DNA of 64,000 nt from an uncultured Gammaproteobacteria bacterium (GTDB lineage Bacteria; Patescibacteriota; Patescibacteriia; 2-01-FULL-39-33). The DNA lies in the NCBI GenBank assembly GCA_964512625.1, contig CAZEKG010000003.1, forward strand, positions 22,953 to 86,952, in the 5' to 3' direction. The notes beneath the pieces are model-generated. The model had not been told where the DNA came from. It saw nothing but the letters and a program-made list of their open reading frames with translations, and did no database searches. How positions within the stretch are numbered: the stretch's first letter is position 1; each line of letters opens with the position of its first letter. Of this stretch, positions 57,037 to 64,000 are shown one piece after another. A program made the translations under genes and the position numbers.

Positions 57037-57381
57037 ATGATTGACAAAAAGAAAAAGGCGCAGCTTATTAAAAAGTATGCGACTCATGACAAGGATACCG
57101 GTTCTTCCGAGGTCCAAATCGCTCTTCTAACCGAAGAGATCAAGAACTTAACCGACCATTTGAAAATTCACAAAAAAGATTTTTCTTCAAGGCGCGGTTT
57201 GTTACGCAAAGTTTCCGAGAGAAGAAAATTGTTGAAATATCTCGAAAGAGAAAATCCTGAAAGCTTTGGCGAATTAGCCAAGAGGTTAAAGCTTAAGGTC
57301 GCTAAGAGATTAGGGGAAACCCCGAAGCTTTTAGAAGAGATGGAAGAAACCATGGACGAGATCGTAAAAGAGGAGGAATAA
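57037..57381 (+). CDS. rpsO: 30S ribosomal protein S15 with acidic C-terminal extension
   Basis: DTGSSEVQIALLTEEIKNLTDHLKIHKKDFSSRRGLLRKVSERRKLLKYL; start trimmed to MIDKKKK. Confidence 0.85.
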   Translation: MIDKKKKAQLIKKYATHDKDTGSSEVQIALLTEEIKNLTDHLKIHKKDFSSRRGLLRKVSERRKLLKYLERENPESFGELAKRLKLKVAKRLGETPKLLEEMEETMDEIVKEEE

Positions 57382-57613
57382 TTTTATTTCTCCTTTTTTG
57401 CTTTTTCGCCGTTCTTAGATAAGAATTCTATTCTCCGCGGGGACATGTTAATCGCATGTCTTCGCGAAGTTTGGAAAAATAGCAACTTAAAATTAATAAT
57501 ATTAAATTATCCGGGCAGATGTTTATTTGAATGCAAGCGTTTTGGAAATCAAGAGGATTCCAGGCCGGCTGTTTTCAAATAAAACTCAAGCTCCGGAAAT
57601 GAAGGAGAATCGT

Positions 57614-59851
57614 ATGTTTAAAAACCAAGTTTTTGAAACAGAGTTTGCCGGGCGAAAATTCAGCGTTGAAGTCGGCAAGCTGGCTTTGCAAACCAACGCT
57701 TCCTGCTTAGTCAGGTATGGCGATACCGTCGTTCTCGCTACTGCCGTTATGGGCAAGGAACCGAGAATGGGAATTGATTTTTTTCCGTTGACTATCGAAG
57801 TCCAGGAAAAAATGTATGCTGTCGGAAAAATCAAAGGCTCGCGCTTCGTTAAGCGTGATGGCCGACCGACCGATAATGCCGTTTTAGACGGCCGTATGAT
57901 TGATCGAGGCCTTCGGCCGCTTTTCAATCCTGAAATGAGAAACGAAGTCCAGGTCGTTTCCACTATTCTTTCTTATGATGAAGAAAATGAAGCTGACTTA
58001 TTAGCTATTACTGCTTCGGCGATCGCGCTTCATATTTCTGATATTCCTTGGAACGGTCCTTTGGCCGGAATTTGTGTTGGCCGAATCAATGGCGAATTAT
58101 TTATCAACCCGACTATCAAGCAATTGGAAGAGTCTGACTTGAAGTTAGTTTTTTCAGTCGGTTACGATAAGGTTTTAATGGTTGATGCGGAAGCGGCAGA
58201 AGTGTCTGAAGTGGATATGGAAAAGGCTTTTGCTTTTGGCCTTGAAAAAGTAAAGCCGCTTTTGGATTTCATCGAGAAGATAAGAAAAGAAATCGGCTTA
58301 GAAAAACAGGATGTTAACGCACTGATCGAATTGGCTCAGGCGACCGGAGAGATTTCCATTGCCGAGAAGAAATCCGCTTTTGAGGAAGCTAAAAAATTCT
58401 TTGCGCCTCAGCTTGATAAATATTTATTCAATCAGCCAAGAGGTACTAAGCGCGAAAGGAAAGAAATTGCTAAAGAGCTTTTGAAAAAGTTAGTAGAAGA
58501 ACTTAAATCGAAAGAAACTAACGAGGAAATAATCAGTTACATCAAAGATAATTTCGAAGCCTATCTTGAGGAAGAAGTGACGAAAGCAATCTTAGATAAA
58601 GATTTAAGAATCGACGGAAGAAAGATTGATCAAATCAGGCCGCTTAGCTCGGAAGTAAGTATTCTTCCAAGGACTCATGGTAGCGCTATTTTTATGCGCG
58701 GAGAAACTCAAGTTCTTTCTATTGTTACTCTTGGTTCGCCGGGCGATGCTCAAATATTAGATGAGATGACCGAGAGCGATACGAAAAAAAGATATATGCA
58801 TTTTTATAACAGCCCGCCTTTCGCTTTCGGCGAGCCTGGAGCTTTCCGTGGCGCTGGCCGAAGAGAAATTGGCCATGGGGCTTTAGCGGAGAAAGCTTTG
58901 ATACCGGTTTTACCGGAGAAGGAAGTCTTTCCTTATACGATCAGCTTAGTTTCTGAGGTTATGGGCTCTAATGGCTCATCTTCTATGGCCTCGACTTGCG
59001 CTTCGACCTTAGCTCTTATGGATGCTGGCGTACCGATTAAAAAACCGGTGGCTGGAATCGCGATGGGCTTAGCCTCAGACGGCAAGAGATGGAAGGTTAT
59101 TACTGATCTTCAAGATCTTGAAGATGGCCAAGGCGGTATGGATTTTAAAGTTACCGGAACTAAGGACGGCGTAACCGCTATCCAAATGGATACGAAGACG
59201 GAAGGCTTGAGTCTTGATATTTGCACTCAAGCTTTAAACCAAGCTTTGGCTGCTAGATTGACTATTCTTGAGGATATGGCGAAAGCGATTGCCGAGCCAA
59301 GGAAAGAATTGTCGCCTTATGCTCCAAGGATTGTTTCCTTCATGATTAATCCGGAAAAAATCCGCGAGGTTATTGGTTCAGGCGGGAAAGTCATTAACGG
59401 CATTATTGATGAATGCAAAGTTGAAATCGATATCGAAGATGATGGTTCAGTCGCGGTTACCGGTACGGATGCTCGCGGCGTAGAAAATGCTGTTAATTGG
59501 ATCCAGGCTATCGTTAAGGATGTTGAAGTTGGAGAAATCTATAATGGTACCGTTACTAGACTGATGGATTTCGGCGCTTTCGTTGAAATCTTGCCGGGCA
59601 AAGAAGGTTTAGTCCATATTTCCGAATTCTCTAATGAGAGAGTTGATAAGGTTACTGATGTCGCTAAAGTCGGCCAGGAATTAACTGTTAAAGTTTTTGA
59701 AATAGATTCTCAAGGAAGAGTAAATCTTTCCGTCAAGCGCGCTAGGCCGGATTACAATCCGGATAATGATCAAAGAGGCGGCGGCAGTGATCGCGGTAAT
59801 GGTTCCAGAGGCGGATTTAATGCCGCTCCGAGAAGAGACCGAAGGTTCTAA
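57614..59851 (+). CDS. pnp: polyribonucleotide nucleotidyltransferase (PNPase)
   Basis: Two RNase PH domains, KH and S1 domains; ATG with AAGGAGA RBS; Gly/Arg-rich C-terminal tail. Confidence 0.9.
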   Translation: MFKNQVFETEFAGRKFSVEVGKLALQTNASCLVRYGDTVVLATAVMGKEPRMGIDFFPLTIEVQEKMYAVGKIKGSRFVKRDGRPTDNAVLDGRMIDRGLRPLFNPEMRNEVQVVSTILSYDEENEADLLAITASAIALHISDIPWNGPLAGICVGRINGELFINPTIKQLEESDLKLVFSVGYDKVLMVDAEAAEVSEVDMEKAFAFGLEKVKPLLDFIEKIRKEIGLEKQDVNALIELAQATGEISIAEKKSAFEEAKKFFAPQLDKYLFNQPRGTKRERKEIAKELLKKLVEELKSKETNEEIISYIKDNFEAYLEEEVTKAILDKDLRIDGRKIDQIRPLSSEVSILPRTHGSAIFMRGETQVLSIVTLGSPGDAQILDEMTESDTKKRYMHFYNSPPFAFGEPGAFRGAGRREIGHGALAEKALIPVLPEKEVFPYTISLVSEVMGSNGSSSMASTCASTLALMDAGVPIKKPVAGIAMGLASDGKRWKVITDLQDLEDGQGGMDFKVTGTKDGVTAIQMDTKTEGLSLDICTQALNQALAARLTILEDMAKAIAEPRKELSPYAPRIVSFMINPEKIREVIGSGGKVINGIIDECKVEIDIEDDGSVAVTGTDARGVENAVNWIQAIVKDVEVGEIYNGTVTRLMDFGAFVEILPGKEGLVHISEFSNERVDKVTDVAKVGQELTVKVFEIDSQGRVNLSVKRARPDYNPDNDQRGGGSDRGNGSRGGFNAAPRRDRRF

Positions 59852-59933
59852 GACTTTTTCTTAGCTAGGCTCCGATTGGGATCGGAACAACTTGTTTTTT
59901 ACATAAAGAATTCGATTAAATTTTAATTTAGGA

Positions 59934-61319
59934 ATGTTTCTTTTATTTCTAAAAGTCATCGCCAGTCTAAAAAAAATCTCCTTGCGCCGCACCGGCTTAA
60001 TCGCCCTTGCGGCGGGAGGGATTTTTTTATTATTGAGCTCGATTTATTGGCAAAAAAATGTCGGTGATAATTTAACCGGTCGAATCCCTTCCGGCGTTGA
60101 GGTTTATTTTCGCTTGAGCTATCCGCGGACCGCAATCATGCCTCAGCTTAAGGCGTTAAACCGCCAGATTTTTAATGACTTAGGGATTGGAGAAATTCCT
60201 GATTGGCAATTAGCTCGTGAACTGGGAGTTTTTAGTTTTGATGCCGCCAAGGCTGATAAGTATTATCTTATTTTAACGACTGATTCGAAATCGGCGCTGG
60301 AAGATTTTATAAAAAGCAAAAATTGGTCTTATTATTTTTTAAATCGGCGGACGGTTTTAGTTTGTTTCAGTCCTGATTGCCTTAATCTTTATAATCAGGC
60401 GTTAGCTAAGGGCAGGCTTATTAAAACGGCTAAAGTTGGTAAACCTCTTAGCTTATCAACGATGAATCTTTATCTTAATTCTTCGGCAACTCAATACTTT
60501 TCTCTTGAAAATGGCGGCTGGCCTCAGCTACTTTGGCAATTATATGGCAATGATCAGGGGTTTTGGTTAAATGCTAAGGCGCAAAAGACGGGTTTGAAAA
60601 TTATTTTGTCTAATGCTAAATCTGAAAGGAAGGTAAGGTTGCCTCAATCGGCCGATAATTACGATTTGATTTATAGCCTTGATCACTCTAAGCAGGCAGG
60701 GTTTTTAGGGGATTATTTTAGTTTGACAGCTAAGCAAAGCGGTTTGGAGGTTGATAGCCAATTAGCAAAGAAATTAATGTCTGGCCAAGCCTTATTTTTA
60801 ATTAGTAAGAAGGCTTTCATATCAAGTTCGACTCTCGCTTCTTCAACATCTTCGACGGCCGTATCATTAGCGACTTCGACTAGGTTTTTTGTGGAAAATG
60901 ACTTTTGCTTAAAGTTTAAGCCGGGAGAAGTCGTTTTAAACGGGGAAATCAAGGAGTTGGAGGAAAGTCTTAAGTCTTTGATAGCTTTGGGTAGGGTAGG
61001 TAGGAAGCGGGTTTGGCTAAGCGATAATTCCTCGGTTATAGAATTAGTCCCAGATAAGGAGGGTATCGCCTTTAATCTCGAGAATGGTTATTTTATGTCC
61101 GATTTTAAGGATCAGGCTTTTAAGCTTGGCTATAAAACAGAAAAAGGGGAGGTTTATGTGACTAATAACTCAGAATTTTGTAATAATAGCCTAAATTACA
61201 TAAAATATGATTATTGGCAATTAAAAAAGGCGCTCTGGCCAAATAGTCCTATTTTTACTAAATATTTAAGCCAGTTTAATGTTTTAAGTGTGAACGGTGA
61301 GTTCATTTATTTAAAGTAG
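59934..61319 (+). CDS. hypothetical membrane-anchored protein with Ser/Thr-rich linker
   Basis: N-terminal TM helix, SSSTLASSTSSTAVSLATST low-complexity tract; no recognisable domain. Confidence 0.5.
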   Translation: MFLLFLKVIASLKKISLRRTGLIALAAGGIFLLLSSIYWQKNVGDNLTGRIPSGVEVYFRLSYPRTAIMPQLKALNRQIFNDLGIGEIPDWQLARELGVFSFDAAKADKYYLILTTDSKSALEDFIKSKNWSYYFLNRRTVLVCFSPDCLNLYNQALAKGRLIKTAKVGKPLSLSTMNLYLNSSATQYFSLENGGWPQLLWQLYGNDQGFWLNAKAQKTGLKIILSNAKSERKVRLPQSADNYDLIYSLDHSKQAGFLGDYFSLTAKQSGLEVDSQLAKKLMSGQALFLISKKAFISSSTLASSTSSTAVSLATSTRFFVENDFCLKFKPGEVVLNGEIKELEESLKSLIALGRVGRKRVWLSDNSSVIELVPDKEGIAFNLENGYFMSDFKDQAFKLGYKTEKGEVYVTNNSEFCNNSLNYIKYDYWQLKKALWPNSPIFTKYLSQFNVLSVNGEFIYLK

Positions 61320-61468
61320 TTTTATAAACAGGTTGTGGATAAGTTGTTTAAAATCAGTCATATACCTGAGGTTAAACTGTTGATAACTTTTGTTGTTATG
61401 ACAATTTTATCTAAAATTAGATAAAGTTAATTATTGTTGACATGTTCAAAATATGCTATAATTACTTA

Positions 61469-61919
61469 TGTAAGAAAGTTCTTTAAATTGATTCCAGCCA
61501 GGAAGTTGCGAAAAAGGGAAGATAAACTTTTTTCTCAGGTTCCTATCATTTACTCTGCGAGACGTAAACGGGAGACAACAGGCTTATCCCACGCCTTTTA
61601 TGCATTTTGCATATACGTCTTTCAGTTAGCACTGATTTAGCTCTCAGCCCACAAAGAGGCTTGCTTGATCCTTGCAACTGTTGCGAGGTAGATGATACGT
61701 ACATGTCCAAACGATGTATACCGCCTGAGTATACCCAAGACAATCCCAAGATTTGAATCCTTTGGCCGTTGCCAACGACCTTTTCCGCTCCCCCTAGGAG
61801 CAACTCCAGTCGGCGATAGCCAAAGCAAATCCGCAAGGATTTCGAAGGCGTCATGAGACCCTCACAAAGTAATACTTAGGAGGCTAGCTCTCGGGCGCCT
61901 ATTCTTTTTCTTTTTTTTT
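61469..61919 (+). ncRNA. candidate structured non-coding RNA (unassigned family), GC-rich
   Basis: -10 TATAAT at 61457-61462 (with TTGACA/TTGTTG -35). ~450 nt with no credible ORF or RBS, GC far above flanks, T-rich terminator tract at 61903-61919. Contains a T-arm-like CCAAGA-TTTGAAT-CCTTTGG element and several short hairpins. Confidence 0.4.
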
Positions 61920-62018
61920 AAAAACTATTGTGCTATAATCCGGTTATGAATCGCGGTGCTCAGTAGGGCATCAATAAGAAAAGGGGAAGGCCTTTTCCAA
62001 TATGAATAATTAAAAATC

Positions 62019-62387
62019 ATGGATCAACAAACTCTAAGCGAATTTAAAGCTTTATTGGAAGCTAAGAAGGCTCGCTTGAAAGAACAATTGGAAAGCGTAA
62101 GCGTTAAGTCGGAAAACGGCGATGGATATGAGGCGGAGTTTCCTCAGTACGGCGATTCGATGGAAGACAACGCGAGCGAAGTCGCTGATTATACTAAGAA
62201 CCTGACTTTCGAAAGGGATTTATCTAAAGAGTATGAAGATGTTGAAAAATCCTTAAAAAAGATCGAGGAAGGCAAGTACGGCATTTGCTCTCATTGCGAA
62301 GAAGAAATAGAAATCGAAAGGTTGCGCGTCCGCCCCGAGTCCAGTTCCTGCGTCAAATGCAAGATGAAGCTCAAGGGTATTGCTTAA
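62019..62387 (+). CDS. DksA/TraR-family C4-type zinc-finger protein
   Basis: CSHCEEEI...17 aa...CVKC zinc finger at the C-terminus after a coiled-coil; own TATAAT at 61933-61938. Confidence 0.75.
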   Translation: MDQQTLSEFKALLEAKKARLKEQLESVSVKSENGDGYEAEFPQYGDSMEDNASEVADYTKNLTFERDLSKEYEDVEKSLKKIEEGKYGICSHCEEEIEIERLRVRPESSSCVKCKMKLKGIA

Positions 62388-62393
62388 TTTAAT

Positions 62394-62861
62394 ATGTCTG
62401 ATTATAAAAAGCTTCTCTTAGTCAGTATCGTTCCTGCGTTGCTTTTTATAGTCGATCGTTTTTTTAAATATCTTTTCTTAGTCCCGCTTTATGATTCAAA
62501 CGGGATTTTGATTTTTCAGGATTGGTTTCGTTTGAAATTGGCTTTCAATCCGGGCATTGCTTTCGGTATTGGGGTTAATTTTTATTTGATTATCATCTCG
62601 TATATTTTTATCTTGAGCGGTTTGGGATTTTTAACGATTCGAGCCGTTAAGGAAAAGGCCTGGTCGGAGATATTTTTTCTTTTCTTGATTATTCTCGGCG
62701 CGCTCTCCAACCTTGCCGATCGGCTGGGCGCGGGCGCGGTTATCGATTATTTTGATCTTAAGTATTATAGCGTTTTTAACCTTGCCGATGTGATGATCGT
62801 CGGCGGAGCGATTGGGGTTTTTGTATTGTTATTCAAGCGGGATAGGCTGAAAAAAAGTTAA
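62394..62861 (+). CDS. lspA: lipoprotein signal peptidase II
   Basis: FNPGIAFGIG and NLADRLGAGAVIDYFD...FNLADVMIVGGAIG signature regions. Confidence 0.85.
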   Translation: MSDYKKLLLVSIVPALLFIVDRFFKYLFLVPLYDSNGILIFQDWFRLKLAFNPGIAFGIGVNFYLIIISYIFILSGLGFLTIRAVKEKAWSEIFFLFLIILGALSNLADRLGAGAVIDYFDLKYYSVFNLADVMIVGGAIGVFVLLFKRDRLKKS

Positions 62862-62942
62862 GATATTTTTCAACAAGAAGCTCGGAATTTTCCGAGCTTT
62901 TTATTATGTTATAATTAAGTAAAATAAAGTAATTTTAATCTT

Positions 62943-64000
62943 ATGTCAGTCAAGGTTCTGTCCGCAGCCGCGATCGGCTTGGACTGTGAACTGGTGGAGG
63001 TTGAAACTGACAATTCTCCTTTCGGTAATCCGGGAATTTTTATTGTTGGCTTGCCGGATAAGGCGGTTGATGAGTCGAAAAGCCGGGTTCGCAGCGCCAT
63101 AAAAAATTCTGAGCTCGATTTTCCTCGGGGCAATGTAACAGTCAATTTAGCGCCGGCTGATTTAAGAAAATACGGAACGCATTACGATTTACCAATCGCT
63201 ATCAGCTGCTTACTCCAGGCCGGCGAGATAAAAGCGGTTTTCGACTATCTTAAGGCTGGAGTTTTTGCTGGCGAGTTAGCGCTTGATGGCGGCCTGCGAT
63301 CGGTTAACGGCGTTCTTTCAATGGCTTTAATGTGCCAGAAAAACGGCATCGCTAATTTATTCATTCCCGAGAGTAACGCTCGGGAAGCCTCTTTAGTTGA
63401 AGGCTTGAATATTTATCCAGTTAAGAATCTTAGACAGTTATTCGAGCATTTGATCGGCCGGCAGGAAATTCCAGTTTACGAAAATGAATTGAGCGCCGAA
63501 ACTATTGCGGATGAATTTTCTTTTGATATGGCTTTTGTAAGAGGTCAGGAAATGGTTAAGCGGGCGCTTGAGATTGCCGCCGCCGGCTCTCATAATATTC
63601 TCATGTCTGGTTCGCCCGGATCAGGCAAATCACTTTTAGCGAAAACTATGCCTTCGATTTTACCGAAAATGACTCTCGCTGAAAAATTGGAAGTAACAAA
63701 GATTTATAGCGTCGCCGGCGCTCTACCCTCCGGCAAAGCTTTATTGACTCAAAGGCCTTTCAGATCGCCTCATCATACGGCTTCGGGCGTCGCTCTAGTC
63801 GGCGGCGGAGCTTGGCCGAGGCCGGGAGAGATTTCCCTTTCCCACCGAGGGGTCTTATTCCTTGATGAATTTTTGGAATTCCCGAAAATGGTTTTAGAGA
63901 ATTTACGCCAGCCGTTAGAGGACGGGATTATTTCTGTTTCCCGCGCCAGCAGTTCGGTAAGCTTTCCAGCTAAGTTTATTTTAGTCGCTGCCATGAACCC
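62943..64000 (+). CDS. comM: YifB/ComM-family Mg-chelatase-like AAA+ ATPase (3' partial)
   Basis: Translated by hand: N-terminal Lon-like domain, Walker A GSPGSGKS, VLFLDEFLEF Walker B; ORF runs off the window end. Confidence 0.8.
   Translation, partial: MSVKVLSAAAIGLDCELVEVETDNSPFGNPGIFIVGLPDKAVDESKSRVRSAIKNSELDFPRGNVTVNLAPADLRKYGTHYDLPIAISCLLQAGEIKAVFDYLKAGVFAGELALDGGLRSVNGVLSMALMCQKNGIANLFIPESNAREASLVEGLNIYPVKNLRQLFEHLIGRQEIPVYENELSAETIADEFSFDMAFVRGQEMVKRALEIAAAGSHNILMSGSPGSGKSLLAKTMPSILPKMTLAEKLEVTKIYSVAGALPSGKALLTQRPFRSPHHTASGVALVGGGAWPRPGEISLSHRGVLFLDEFLEFPKMVLENLRQPLEDGIISVSRASSSVSFPAKFILVAAMN

Noticed and set aside
61469-61919. RNase P RNA, tmRNA or SRP RNA identity for the GC-rich non-coding segment
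   Set aside because: I searched both strands for P4 (AGGAAAGUCCGGGC / ACAGAACCCGGCUUA), the tmRNA 5'/3' ends and tag ORF, and SRP domain IV (GGAAGCAGCC) and found none. It is left as unassigned.
62915-63994. Minus-strand ORFs 62915..63145 and 63773..63994
   Set aside because: They are antisense to a clear comM/yifB AAA+ gene (62943..>64000) that the ORF track misses only because it runs off the window.
1-64000. CRISPR arrays, rRNA genes, IS/transposase genes
   Set aside because: There are no regularly spaced short direct repeats with unique spacers, no rRNA-like conserved stretches, and no DDE/transposase-like ORFs. The only recombinase is the large serine recombinase at 53761..55461.

Overview
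This 64-kb window reads as a compact, low-GC bacterial chromosome, probably ~35-40% GC in bulk by eye. It has short intergenic spacers and a recurring TTGACA-N17-TATAAT promoter consensus. The gene content is mostly housekeeping: infB-rbfA-nrnA, clpP, rny-ymdB-hup, pilT, rnc, nusB, rpmF, an RluA-type pseudouridine synthase, the CCA enzyme, valS, tyrS, pflB-pflA, cfa, an ABC exporter pair, rpsO-pnp and lspA. This is compatible with a Patescibacteria/CPR-like or Firmicutes-like fermentative organism, but that assignment is inference only. There are seven tRNA genes, all on the minus strand: Cys-GCA, Arg-UCG, Lys-CUU, Val-GAC, Ile-UAU, Arg-UCU, and none missing from view. Three things stand out. 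First, a ~12.5-kb accessory/mobile island at 43.1-55.6 kb. It holds a tightly packed five-gene minus-strand operon: an Xis-like HTH gene, a Dam-type GATC methyltransferase, an R.DpnII/MboI-like endonuclease, a second methyltransferase, and a 1601-aa NB-ARC/STAND NTPase. This operon is followed by winged-helix/HTH genes, a rep-like gene, four iteron-like direct repeats, and a large serine recombinase that abuts tRNA-Arg(UCU). Second, several short GC-rich (~50-57% GC) ORFan cassettes are embedded in the low-GC backbone. Each appears to be a standalone unit with its own terminator and RBS, and most have a consensus promoter and long leader; two sit directly downstream of tRNA 3' ends. Third, a ~450-nt GC-rich promoter-to-terminator non-coding segment at 61.47-61.92 kb may be a structured ncRNA that I could not assign to a known family. 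Smaller points include a tRNA-Ile with a UAU anticodon, an sdpR/sdpI-like pair with a palindromic operator, and a minimal [FeFe]-hydrogenase H-domain protein with an altered L1 motif.
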